Shown here: piece by piece, positions 36,821 to 46,036 of the stretch
How positions within the stretch are numbered: the first letter of the stretch is position 1
Layout of the letters: every line of letters begins with the position of its first letter
From: Myxococcales bacterium
GTDB taxonomy: Bacteria > Myxococcota_A > Polyangia > Polyangiales > Polyangiaceae
Direction of reading: 5' to 3'
DNA length: 64,000 nt
Assembly: GCA_016720545.1 (NCBI GenBank)
Contig: JADKKK010000003.1
Coordinates: 473,516-537,515, forward strand
The notes under the pieces: generated by a model
What the model was told of the DNA's origin: nothing
What the model saw: only the letters and a program-made list of their open reading frames with translations
The model's database searches: none
Program-made: the position numbers and the translations under genes

Positions 36821-38590
36821 TCAGGCCGCGCGCTTTCCCAGACGCCGCATCGCGACGGCGGAGCCGACGAGCCCGAGCGCCGTGAGCACGAAGCCGAGCG
36901 TGAGCCCGTGGGGCCAGTAGCGCAGCGTGACGTGGTGCCGACCGGCCGGGAGGTCGAGAACGAGGAGCTTGCCCTCGTCGGCGAGCGTCCCCACGTCGGT
37001 GCGCCAGCCGCGATCGTAGGTGCCGTTCACGAGCACGCGCGAGGGCTGGTCGGCCACCACGTCGAGGGTGAAGGTGTTCTGCGTGCGGCGGACGGTCTCC
37101 ACCCGCGCCGCCGCGCCGGGCGCGGGCCTCGCCTGAGGCACGTCACCGTCCCACATCGGGGCGCCGGCGCCGAAGCCCCACTCGTCCCAGCAGGCGAGGC
37201 GCATGCGGTTCTGCCGGGGCTGATCGATCATGCCGGCGAGGTTCGGGCCGTGAACGTAGAGCCGCGCCGAGGGCGCCACGCGCTGCTCGGGCGCGTTGCC
37301 GAAGCACACCTGAAACCAGTCGATCCCGACGGCGATCATGTCGCCCGCGCCGACGAGCGCGAGGCCGAGGGCGACCGTGCGCACCGCGCGCGTGGGGTGC
37401 CCGGGCAGGAGCGCCGCGAGCTTCGGGAGCCTGTCGACCGCGAGCCCGGCGAACAGGGCGAGGAAGAGCGACACCTCGCAGCGAAACCTGGAAGGCACAC
37501 GCATTTCCTTGAACGGGAACACGTGGCCCTTGAGCACGGCCCACGGCGCGAGCGGCGAGAAGTGCCCCATCATCAGCACGAAGGCCACGCCGAAGAGGAG
37601 CACGAGCCACGGCGCCTCGAACGCGGCGAAGAGCAGGCCCACGCACGCCAGCGCGAACAGGAACGGCCCCAGGTACGTGCCGTACTCGGGCCACACGTAG
37701 CTCTGCCCCGGCACGCCGCGCGCGTGGGTGCGCGAGAGGAACATGTCGCGGAGGGTCTCCCACTGGATGTGGTCGTTCTCGACGCCGATGGGGCGCACGT
37801 GGCTCCGGAGCTGGTCCATCACGGGCAGAAAGCGCGACGCGCCCACGGTGAAGCCCACGACGAGCACGACCGCGGCGGCCCGCGCGATGGGCACGAGAGA
37901 GCGCTTGTTCAGCCGGGTGAGGGTCTCGACGAAGAGCAGCACGAGCAGGTGCGGCAGCGGGTAGACGGCGCCCTCGTACATCATCCACGCCACCAGCCAG
38001 CCGAGGGCCACGGCGTGGCGGAGATCGCGCTCGGCGCGCCGCCACAAGAGGAACGCGAGCGGGAAATACAGGAAGGGGACGAACGTGAAATGCCCACCCG
38101 AGTAGTGCTGCTGGTGAAAGCCCGAGAACGCCCAGCCCACGCTCGCCACCAGGGTGCCGGCGCGCGAAAGCTTCACCTCGTCGCGGGCGAAGAACCACAT
38201 CGACGCGAAGCCCATCGCCGAGTGGAGCAGGTACCAGAGCACCATGGCGGCGGTGGTGCCGATGAGGAACATGGGCCACACGAGCGGCGCGCCCACGGGC
38301 GCCTGGGGGTTGTCCCACAGGGGCAGCCCGCCGCACTCGTAGGGATTCCAGAGAGGCAGCTCGTGATACCGCACGAGGCTGACGCGCGCGGCCTCGAGGG
38401 TCTTGTGGTACGGCGGGCCGTCGCCGCCTTGGGTGTTCGGGTACGCGGCCAACATGGGCCACCACGCGAAGACCGCGAGCACGAGGCCCACCAGGGTGAC
38501 TCCGACGGCGCGGCGGAGCGGCGCGCGGCCGAACGCGGGCGAGGGCGACGGCGAGGGCTCGGCGATCTTCACTTGCAGGTCTCCGGGGCG
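36821..38590 (-). CDS. Polytopic membrane protein, GT-C/YfhO-like glycosyltransferase candidate (~590 aa).
   Basis: About 12 TM helices followed by a ~150-aa C-terminal soluble domain. GTG start with a GGAGA RBS. Its start overlaps the upstream membrane-protein gene by 22 nt. Confidence 0.65.
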   Translation of the reverse strand, partial: RPGDLQVKIAEPSPSPSPAFGRAPLRRAVGVTLVGLVLAVFAWWPMLAAYPNTQGGDGPPYHKTLEAARVSLVRYHELPLWNPYECGGLPLWDNPQAPVGAPLVWPMFLIGTTAAMVLWYLLHSAMGFASMWFFARDEVKLSRAGTLVASVGWAFSGFHQQHYSGGHFTFVPFLYFPLAFLLWRRAERDLRHAVALGWLVAWMMYEGAVYPLPHLLVLLFVETLTRLNKRSLVPIARAAAVVLVVGFTVGASRFLPVMDQLRSHVRPIGVENDHIQWETLRDMFLSRTHARGVPGQSYVWPEYGTYLGPFLFALACVGLLFAAFEAPWLVLLFGVAFVLMMGHFSPLAPWAVLKGHVFPFKEMRVPSRFRCEVSLFLALFAGLAVDRLPKLAALLPGHPTRAVRTVALGLALVGAGDMIAVGIDWFQVCFGNAPEQRVAPSARLYVHGPNLAGMIDQPRQNRMRLACWDEWGFGAGAPMWDGDVPQARPAPGAAARVETVRRTQNTFTLDVVADQPSRVLVNGTYDRGWRTDVGTLADEGKLLVLDLPAGRHHVTLRYWPHGLTLGFVLTALGLVGSAVAMRRLGKRAA

Positions 38591-40452
38591 ACGGCGCCGG
38601 CGAGCGCCGCGTGCCGGGCGGCCTCGGCGTCCAGCGCCATGCTCTTCTCGAGCGCCGCGAGCCGGAGGTAGCCGCAGGGCGCGTGCGTCTTGCCGACCCG
38701 CTCGCGCAGCTTGGCGATGCGGTCGCGGCCCGCGGGCTCCCACACCTCGGCGAAGTACCGGCGCGTGGCCACCCCGCCGTCGGTGCCCTCCTCGGGGGCC
38801 GGCTCGCTGAACGCGGGGACGAGGGCGAGGCCCGCGACGACCAGGCCGCCCGCCGCGCGCCCCACGCGGCGCGCCCAGGTCTCGCGCGGGGGCGGCGCGA
38901 AGACCAGCAGCGAGCCGCAGGCGAGCGCGCCCGCGAGCACCACGAGGTAGCCAAAAGTCGGCGAGGAAACCCCTGCGAGATCAAGGAGATGGCGAGGCAC
39001 AAAGCCCGCGCGCAGCAGCGGCAGCGCGACCTCCGGGAGCGGCCGCCCCACGGTCTCGGGGAGCGTGTTGCACAGCACCGACACGAGGCCGGTCTGCGCG
39101 GCGCTCGCGAGGGCGGCGCCAGCCGCGAGGGCCCTCACCCACACTCGACGTGAGCGGCGCCCCCGCGCGAGCTGCTCTTGGGCGGTCACGGCGCCGAGCA
39201 CGAGGAAGGCGGGGCACGCCCCGAGGTACCTCGGGCCCACGGTCCACCCGCCACGCCAGTTGATGGCGGCGCTCACGGTGAGCACGAGCACACCGCAGGC
39301 GGCGAGCCACACGAGCGTGGCGCCGCGGCGAGCCCCGCGGCTCCGCGGACCGCCGAACCCCGAGAGCACGCCGAACGGCACGACGAGGAGGCCGAGCCAC
39401 AGATAGGGGCTCGTGCCGAAGAGCCCGTAGCCGCGGTTGAAGAGGAGGCTGCCCGCGTGCCCGAGATCGGGCGTCTGGATACCGAAATAGCCCTGGTTGA
39501 GCAGCCGCGCGAACTCGCCGTTTTCGCTCATGCGGTGGCCCGGCGTGAGGGGGCTGCCGAACGCGCGCCACTGGAAGAACGCCATGAGCGCGACGTGGAG
39601 GAGTCCGCCGCCTGCGAGCGCGGCGAACGGCCCGAGCCGGCTCGGGCGGAAGAGCGGCCTGAAGGTGACCGCGGCGTAGAGCGCGAGCACCACCGACACC
39701 GGCAGCGCGTGGTACTCGAGCAGCGTGACCCACCCGGCGCAGAAGCCGGCGACGAACGCGTCACGCGCGGTGCGGTCTCGCGACGGCGTGGTGCGGGCGC
39801 GCGCCGTGACGGCGAACGACACGAAGGCGGCGACGGCGAAGAGCGCGTGGCTCGCGAACATGAGGGCGTACGCGAGGTAGTTCGTGCCGAGCCCCAGCGC
39901 GGCCACGGCGGCCAGGCGGAGCACCGGATCGCGGGTCGTCGCGCGCAGATAGCGCTCGAGCCACACGAGGAACGCCAAGCACGGGAGCTGCACGCTGAAG
40001 AGACGCAGCGCCCACGTGGCGTCGGCGAGCCAGCGCGCGCGCGCTTCGGGCGGCGAGCGGAGCGTGGGTACCGGGCGGCCGAGCCGTGGCATCACCTTCG
40101 TGAAGGCCCAGTAGACCGGCACTCCGGCGTAGCTCACCGCGGGCGCCTTCACCGAGTAAAGGTGGAACACGCCGGTCTTCTTGTCGGGCGCCCGCGCCAT
40201 GTCGTTGGTCCAGCCGTGGCGGTCGACCATCGCGTCGATCTTGAACGTGCCCTCCTCGACCAGGGCCATGGTCATGTAGGTGCGCACGTTCTCGTTCGGG
40301 TTGTTGATGACCCCGATGTACGGGAACACGCCGACATAGACGACGAGCAGGAGCGCGAAGAACGCGCCCACGAACCCTGGCGTCTTGACGTTCCGAGCGC
40401 CCACCCCGACCCGTGTATCACCTCGCGCGTGTGTGTGTGTAGGCCGACTCAC
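38569..40452 (-). CDS. Polytopic membrane protein, GT-C-like (ArnT/PMT-like architecture), 627 aa.
   Basis: Multiple TM helices with periplasmic loops. GTG start in a GTGA overlap with the stop of the upstream amidotransferase gene. Confidence 0.65.
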   Translation of the reverse strand: MSRPTHTHARGDTRVGVGARNVKTPGFVGAFFALLLVVYVGVFPYIGVINNPNENVRTYMTMALVEEGTFKIDAMVDRHGWTNDMARAPDKKTGVFHLYSVKAPAVSYAGVPVYWAFTKVMPRLGRPVPTLRSPPEARARWLADATWALRLFSVQLPCLAFLVWLERYLRATTRDPVLRLAAVAALGLGTNYLAYALMFASHALFAVAAFVSFAVTARARTTPSRDRTARDAFVAGFCAGWVTLLEYHALPVSVVLALYAAVTFRPLFRPSRLGPFAALAGGGLLHVALMAFFQWRAFGSPLTPGHRMSENGEFARLLNQGYFGIQTPDLGHAGSLLFNRGYGLFGTSPYLWLGLLVVPFGVLSGFGGPRSRGARRGATLVWLAACGVLVLTVSAAINWRGGWTVGPRYLGACPAFLVLGAVTAQEQLARGRRSRRVWVRALAAGAALASAAQTGLVSVLCNTLPETVGRPLPEVALPLLRAGFVPRHLLDLAGVSSPTFGYLVVLAGALACGSLLVFAPPPRETWARRVGRAAGGLVVAGLALVPAFSEPAPEEGTDGGVATRRYFAEVWEPAGRDRIAKLRERVGKTHAPCGYLRLAALEKSMALDAEAARHAALAGAVAPETCK

Positions 40453-41204
40453 GCGACGCGGCGGAGGTGGCGCGGCGCGTGCTCGATCTTTGTTTCGGGG
40501 GCGCGGTCCATGCGGATCAGCGCGCCTTCCTCGACGAGCGCCCAGGGCTCGCTCGTGAGCTGTTCGGAGGCCACGATGGCCTCACCGTTCGGGCGCTCGA
40601 GCAGGAACATGCTCCGTCCGAAGCGGTGGGCGTAGGTGCTCTCGCCGTCGGACAGGAGAAAGTTGAAGGCGCCCATCCCCGGGCGGGCGCGGAGCTCGGC
40701 GCAGGTCTCGGCGACGAGGCGATCGGTGGCGGCGCTCGCCGGGGCGCCGGTGAGGCCCACCTCGTCGAGGCGGGTGAGGAGGAAGGCGAACAAGCGCTCG
40801 CTGTCGGTGTCGCCCCGGACCTCGTCGGCGCGCTCGGGCGCGGTGTGCGCGCGTAGATAAGCCACGTCGGTCACCGTGCCGTTGTGCGCGAAGACCCACC
40901 GGCCTTGGGCGCAGGCGAAAGGGTGCGTGTTCTCGAGCGACGTCGGGCCCACGGTCTTCTGGCGAATGTGCCCGATGAGCACCGACGCGCGGGTGGCCGC
41001 CGCCAGCGCCCGAAAGCGCACGCAATCGAGCGCCCGCTCGACCCCACGGTGGACCTCCCAGGCGCGTCCGCGCGGCTCGAAGAGCGCGACCCCCCAGCCG
41101 TCCGGGTGCTCGCGGGAGAGCTCGGCGAGGCTCCGCGGCCCCGCCTGGAGACAGGCCCGAAGCTCGACCGCTTGAGCGGCGACCATGGCGAGAAACCTGC
41201 ACAT
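40449..41204 (-). CDS. Class-II (Ntn) glutamine amidotransferase domain protein, stand-alone (YafJ/EgtC-like), 251 aa.
   Basis: Met-Cys N-terminus (MCRFLAMV…, Cys nucleophile after Met removal). GATase-2 fold sequence (HIRQKTVGPTSLENTHPF…NGTV). ATG at 41204 checked on the sequence. Confidence 0.8.
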   Translation of the reverse strand: MCRFLAMVAAQAVELRACLQAGPRSLAELSREHPDGWGVALFEPRGRAWEVHRGVERALDCVRFRALAAATRASVLIGHIRQKTVGPTSLENTHPFACAQGRWVFAHNGTVTDVAYLRAHTAPERADEVRGDTDSERLFAFLLTRLDEVGLTGAPASAATDRLVAETCAELRARPGMGAFNFLLSDGESTYAHRFGRSMFLLERPNGEAIVASEQLTSEPWALVEEGALIRMDRAPETKIEHAPRHLRRVA

Positions 41205-41298
41205 TGTCGTGTGGTTCAGTTTACCTCGTGCCCCTCGACGGGGCACGAAAGTGGCGCCGTTTTCCGGTGCGAGCCGCCGCCCGCGCCGCCCGCGAGGG

Positions 41299-41970
41299 TC
41301 AGTGCGCCGGGTAGCTCGGAGCCGCGGGCGCGAGGCGAGGATCGAGGGTGACCTTCACCGTCGAGTCGGCGAGCGCGAGATCGATCGAGGCACACTGCTT
41401 GGCCTCCACGCCGACCCCCTCGGCGTGGTCCGCGAGCTTCCCGAGGGCGGTGTACTCTCGATCCGCCGCCTCGGCGTCTCGCCGCGCGAGGGCGTCGCGG
41501 ATCGCGGGCGCCCGCGCATCGGCGGCGCGGATCGCCACGTTGAGCTGCGTGAGCTTCTCGGTGAGGCACGCGGTGACCACGAGGTCGCGGGCGCGCTGGA
41601 GGCGCCTGCGGACGAGCGTCGACTGAGCTCGCATGCGGTCGAGGCGACGCTGCGACTCGGTGAGCTGCTCCTCCGGCGTGAGGCGTGTCTTCTTGTCCGC
41701 CGCCTCGGCTGTGGCCGTGACCGCGGGTGGCGCCTCCCCGGCCTGCGCGCGAGGTGCGACGGTGGCCGGCGGTGTGGGCCGGGCAGCCGGCTCGGCCGGC
41801 GGCGCGGGGCTTGGCGGGGCAGGCGGGGCAGGCGGGGCAGGCGGGGCAGGCTGGGCAGGCGTGGTGGCGACGTGCGCGGCGGACGCGGGCGGAGACGCGA
41901 GCGCCAGCGCCCCGTGTCCCACGAGCACGGCGGCGACCAGCACCCCGCGGAGGAGGCTCTTCGTCTTCAT
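41299..41970 (-). CDS. Secreted Pro-rich / coiled-coil protein, 223 aa.
   Basis: Signal peptide MKTKSLLRGVLVAAVLVGHGALALA. (PAPPAP)n is encoded by a 9-bp GGCGGGGCA-type tandem repeat. The C-terminal half is a helical coiled-coil-like region. Confidence 0.55.
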   Translation of the reverse strand: MKTKSLLRGVLVAAVLVGHGALALASPPASAAHVATTPAQPAPPAPPAPPAPPSPAPPAEPAARPTPPATVAPRAQAGEAPPAVTATAEAADKKTRLTPEEQLTESQRRLDRMRAQSTLVRRRLQRARDLVVTACLTEKLTQLNVAIRAADARAPAIRDALARRDAEAADREYTALGKLADHAEGVGVEAKQCASIDLALADSTVKVTLDPRLAPAAPSYPAH

Positions 41971-42079
41971 CGTGAGGGATCTGGTGCGCGGGCCGCGGCG
42001 ATCATTCGCGCGACCGCTCGCTCTGATCGGGCGGGTCGGCGCGCGTGCGCTGGCCCGCCCCCGTGCTATCTGACCTCCG

Positions 42080-43180
42080 GTGAGGTCCACCAAGCTGGTC
42101 GCGTGCGCCACCCTGCCCGTCGCGTCCGTCGCGTCCGTCGCGCTCGCCACGCTCGTCGCGCTCGTCGCGTGTGGTGGCCCGCGCAAGCACACGAGCACGG
42201 GCGAGGGCTCGAGCGCGATCCAGGGAGGCACCGAGGACGAGGTCCACACCTTCGCGGTGGCCGTGATCATGCCGGAGTCCACCTGCTCGGGGACGCTCAT
42301 CGCGCCGAACCTGGTGCTCACCGCGCGCCACTGCGTCGCCGACAGCGGCAACAGCGACGAGGTCGACTGCGCGCGCGACCGGTTCTCCGCGCCCGCGCCG
42401 GCGAGCCGCTTCTCCGTGACCACCGCGAAGGTCGTTCGCGGCAGCACGGCGCGATACCGCGTGGCGAAGATCGTCGTGCCCTCGGAGTCCAAGTTCTGCG
42501 GCAACGACATCGCCCTGCTGCAGCTCACCGACAACGTTCCTGCCTCGGAGGCGACGCCGGCCACCCCGGCGCTCGACCCGCCGATGACCTCGCACCCCCT
42601 CTACGGCACCACGGTGGCGACGCTGGGCTACGGCATTTCGGGCCCCAAGAAGACCGACGACGGCACGCGGAGGCTGCGTGAGGACGTCCCCATCCAGTGC
42701 ACGCCGGGCGATCCCGAGAAGAGCTGCCGCCTCTCGGACTTCGACATCACCCCCACCGAGTTCGTCGCCGGCGACGGCCTGTGCTCGGGCGACTCCGGCG
42801 GCAGCGCGTTCGACCAAGAGAGCTTCACGCGCGGGCGCCCCGTCACGTTCGGCGTGCTCTCGCGAGCCAGCGAGACCGGCTTCAAGTGCATCGATGCCGT
42901 GTTCACCCGCACCGACGCGTTCGCAGGCCTGCTCGTCGCGGCCGCGACCGAGGCCGCGGAACAGGGCGGCTATCCGCTGCCCGTGTGGGCAGGCGGGGCG
43001 GGCAGCGCCGACGCGGGGGCCGAGGGCGGGCCCGCGGCTCCCCCCACGGTGGAGGCCGCGAGCCCACCGGGAGCGGCCTGCGCGACCGGCTCGGCGGGTC
43101 GAGGCCCCTCGGGCGCCGCCCCCGCCACGCTGGTCGCGGTCCTCGCTTGCGTAGCCGCGGCGCGGAGGCGACGGCGCTAG
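42080..43180 (+). CDS. Trypsin-like (S1) serine protease lipoprotein with a C-terminal MYXO-CTERM-like sorting tail.
   Basis: LVAC lipobox. His (LTARHC), Asp, and Ser (GDSGGSAF) catalytic-triad motifs. The tail …GAACATGSAGRGPSGAAPATLVAVLACVAAARRRRR is a Cys/Gly stretch, hydrophobic helix and poly-Arg. Confidence 0.8.
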   Translation: MRSTKLVACATLPVASVASVALATLVALVACGGPRKHTSTGEGSSAIQGGTEDEVHTFAVAVIMPESTCSGTLIAPNLVLTARHCVADSGNSDEVDCARDRFSAPAPASRFSVTTAKVVRGSTARYRVAKIVVPSESKFCGNDIALLQLTDNVPASEATPATPALDPPMTSHPLYGTTVATLGYGISGPKKTDDGTRRLREDVPIQCTPGDPEKSCRLSDFDITPTEFVAGDGLCSGDSGGSAFDQESFTRGRPVTFGVLSRASETGFKCIDAVFTRTDAFAGLLVAAATEAAEQGGYPLPVWAGGAGSADAGAEGGPAAPPTVEAASPPGAACATGSAGRGPSGAAPATLVAVLACVAAARRRRR

Positions 43181-43270
43181 CAGCCCGTTGATCTGCGGAC
43201 CGAGACCTGTCGTCGTCCGCGCCCGACCCGCCGAGGCGCGAACCGATGAGCCCTGCCCAGGCTGCTACGG
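43178..43270. mobile_element. Short MITE-like/REP-like element of the CTAG…TTGAT family.
   Basis: Left end CTAGCAGCCCGTTGAT is identical to the left end of the 33403 element and includes the protease TAG stop. The right end is degenerate (…CCCAGGCTGCTACGG). Confidence 0.35.
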
Positions 43271-45355
43271 GCACCCGGCGGAGTCGACCTCGTGCGCTCC
43301 GTACGCGACGGGCGCCGAGCGCGCGGTGCCGAAGAGATCGGTCTTGGCGTCGTTGTGCGCCCCCGCGCCCCCGCGGACTCGACAGCTCGCGCCGGAGGTC
43401 AGCTTCCAGCCCGTCTCGAGGAGTCGCTTCGTGCCGAAGTCCGCCTCGGTGGCGCCTTCCATGTAGGGGAGGAGCGCGCCGAAGCTGCCGTTCGCCGAGG
43501 CCTCCTTCACGCACAGCGCCGCCGGGATCGTCTTGCAGTCGGCCTGGATGAATACGTTATTTCGTATTTGCTCGGGCTTGTACCAGTTGGCCGCTATCAT
43601 CTCCTCGAGGGTGTTGTACACGTCGTTCGGCCGCGGAGCGCCGTCCTTCGCGTTGGTGTGGATCATCAACACCGCCGGCCCGCGAAAGTTCACGAATGCG
43701 TTGTTCTCCACGAGGCCGAGCGCCTCGTCGGCCTCCACCAGGGTGAACGCGAACTCCCCCGCTCCCGCGCCGCCCACCGTGAGCGCGAGGTTGTTCTGGA
43801 CGACGGCGCCGGTGTAGCCGATGGCCATATAGAACGGTCGGACGACGTCCCAACCCTTCCCGCCCTTCTGGGAGTTCTCGGTGGGGGGCGACACCGGATC
43901 GCCCGCGACCGTAAACAGCGTGTTGTGGATGGCGCGCCCGCCGTGGCCGCGATCGTCGAACATGAGCGCGGTCGCGTTGCGCTCGTTGTAGAAGCCCTTC
44001 TTGCCCTCGACGTTGAAGCCCGCCATCGAGGCGGGCGACACCGTGTCGGAGTAGAGGCCACCCGAGAACACCATATTATTGACCACGAGCGCGTCCTCCG
44101 CGTGGTCGACGCGAATGCCACGGACGAACACGAAGCTGCGGTCCATGTTGGTCTCGGGGTCGGGCGGGTCCATCACGGCGTCGCCGCCGTACACCCGGTT
44201 TCCTTCGACGTGGATCCGCGCGGTCTCGGCCGCGAGGATGCCCCAGATGAGGCAGGTCTCGAAGCAGGAGGCGATACCCCCCTTGATGACGTTGCCCACG
44301 ATGTTGAGCTCGGTGTCGCCGACCGCCGCCACGCCGATGCCGCCGTTGTAGCCGCTCGCCTCCATGCGAGGCTTGTCCCACGTGATGAAGTTGTTGCGTA
44401 TCTCGCGCTTGCCCGCCGAGGCGACCGAGATCGCGGTGGTCGCGTCGGCGCCGGTGCCCGAACCGCCGTTCACGACGTTCTCCACCACCTCGACGTCGCC
44501 GCCGCCCTGCAGCAGCATGCCGTACGAGCCGTTGCCCGCGCCGCGACCCTTGCGCGCGTTCTCGGGGGTGTCGGGCTCGTAGCACTTGCCCTCGCCACCA
44601 TAGATGTCGTTGTTCTTGATGAGCGGCGAGCCGTCGATGACCCAAACGCCCATGCTGCCGAAGGTGGACGAGCAGATGCCGTTCCCGCCCTTGATCTTGT
44701 TGTCACTCAGGGTCGGCGACGCACCGTCGGTGATGGTGACCCCCACGGTGCCCGAGTTGCCCTCTCCCGCGTCGATCGTGAGCCCGTCGATGATGGTGTC
44801 GGTCCGGGTGATCTTGGTGTCTTGGCGGCGCAGGACGAACGTGAGGGGCGAGTTGTACTCCGGCGAGTAGGCGCCGTTCTGGAGGATGGTCTCGTTCGTC
44901 GACTTGAAGCCCTTCGCGTACCCGAAGCCGTCGTCGCGCTTGAATCCCGCGCAGTCGTACCCTCCGCGGATGGAGAGCGGATACTCCACCACGAGCTGCG
45001 ACTCCTTGTAGGTGCCCGCGCACACATGAACTTCCCACGGGAGCACGCCGCCGTCGGTTTGGAAGCCCGCGCGCGCCTTGGTGATGGCGCCCACCGCCGC
45101 CTTGATGGTCGCCTTGGGCTTCGCGGGGGAGCAGCCGTCGTTCTTGTCGTCGCCCTTGGCGGATACGTACAGGAAGCGCTCCGGGCCGCTGCACGGCGGC
45201 GGGAGCACGCAGTCTTCGCCGACCCCGCACCGCCCGTTCGCGCCGCCCGCGTCGGCCAGCGTGCCGGGCAGCTCGAGCTCGCCGCAGCCCGTGGAGGTCG
45301 CCGAGCCACCCGTGACGATCAGCGAAAGCCCGCCAAGAAAAAGCCATCTCCGCAT
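43265..45355 (-). CDS. Secreted right-handed parallel beta-helix protein (pectate-lyase/NosD-like), 696 aa.
   Basis: Signal peptide MRRWLFLGGLSLIVTGGSATSTGCG. Many degenerate beta-helix rungs (NNxIxGG / VxNNxV repeats). Confidence 0.75.
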   Translation of the reverse strand: MRRWLFLGGLSLIVTGGSATSTGCGELELPGTLADAGGANGRCGVGEDCVLPPPCSGPERFLYVSAKGDDKNDGCSPAKPKATIKAAVGAITKARAGFQTDGGVLPWEVHVCAGTYKESQLVVEYPLSIRGGYDCAGFKRDDGFGYAKGFKSTNETILQNGAYSPEYNSPLTFVLRRQDTKITRTDTIIDGLTIDAGEGNSGTVGVTITDGASPTLSDNKIKGGNGICSSTFGSMGVWVIDGSPLIKNNDIYGGEGKCYEPDTPENARKGRGAGNGSYGMLLQGGGDVEVVENVVNGGSGTGADATTAISVASAGKREIRNNFITWDKPRMEASGYNGGIGVAAVGDTELNIVGNVIKGGIASCFETCLIWGILAAETARIHVEGNRVYGGDAVMDPPDPETNMDRSFVFVRGIRVDHAEDALVVNNMVFSGGLYSDTVSPASMAGFNVEGKKGFYNERNATALMFDDRGHGGRAIHNTLFTVAGDPVSPPTENSQKGGKGWDVVRPFYMAIGYTGAVVQNNLALTVGGAGAGEFAFTLVEADEALGLVENNAFVNFRGPAVLMIHTNAKDGAPRPNDVYNTLEEMIAANWYKPEQIRNNVFIQADCKTIPAALCVKEASANGSFGALLPYMEGATEADFGTKRLLETGWKLTSGASCRVRGGAGAHNDAKTDLFGTARSAPVAYGAHEVDSAGCP

Positions 45356-45431
45356 TCTCTGGATTCTGGGCGAAATCCGCCGGTTCGTCGAGCGCCGCGC
45401 GCCGTTTCGGCGCTGCTAGTAGACTGGGCCA

Positions 45432-45950
45432 ATGTCGAGCTATCGCGACGCGCAGCCACCCGGGCTGGAGAAGACGGCGGAGCTGCACACATGGGATTCG
45501 CCGCGGTCGTGTCCGCGGTGCAAGTTCGGGCTCTACTGCGGGAAGAAAGACGACCTCGAGCTCGACGCGTGTGGCCGCTGCGGCGGCGTGTGGCTGCGCT
45601 CGGATCAGGCGAGCCGGGCGCTCTCGACCGGCTCACGGGCACACGAGGAGCTCGCCTCGAAGGTCGAGCGCGCGACGCGCGCGGCGCCGGTGCGCGAGAC
45701 GGGCCCTCTGCTCTGCCCCGAGTGCGCCAAGCGAATGACGCGGGGCACCGTGGAGGGCGTCCCGATCGACACCTGCTCGCACGGCACGTGGTTCGACCGC
45801 ACCGAGCTCATCGCGATCATGCGCTCCCGCCGCGGCGAGCTCTCGAGCGGCCGCGGCCTCGACGCGGTCTTCCTCCGAGAGCACGCCGACCGGGAGCGGT
45901 GGGGCCCGCTCATGTCGGCCGTCGAGGCGGTCCGCCGGCTCCTCCGCTGA
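45432..45950 (+). CDS. TFIIB-type zinc-ribbon domain protein, two CxxC…CxxC modules.
   Basis: CPRCKFGLYCG…CGRCGGVWL and CPECAKRMTRG…CSHGTWFD. Confidence 0.6.
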   Translation: MSSYRDAQPPGLEKTAELHTWDSPRSCPRCKFGLYCGKKDDLELDACGRCGGVWLRSDQASRALSTGSRAHEELASKVERATRAAPVRETGPLLCPECAKRMTRGTVEGVPIDTCSHGTWFDRTELIAIMRSRRGELSSGRGLDAVFLREHADRERWGPLMSAVEAVRRLLR

Positions 45951-46036
45951 GCCGACGCCGGCCTGGCGGCGCAGTGGGCGGCGTCCCCGCGCTGCGGTCG
46001 AGGCAGCGGTCGTGAGCGATAATCACGGCCACGGGC

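Noticed and set aside
43292-46015. 907-aa plus ORF antisense to the beta-helix protein gene and overlapping the zinc-ribbon gene
   Set aside because: The minus-strand beta-helix protein has a signal peptide and repeat structure. The plus ORF is low-complexity.
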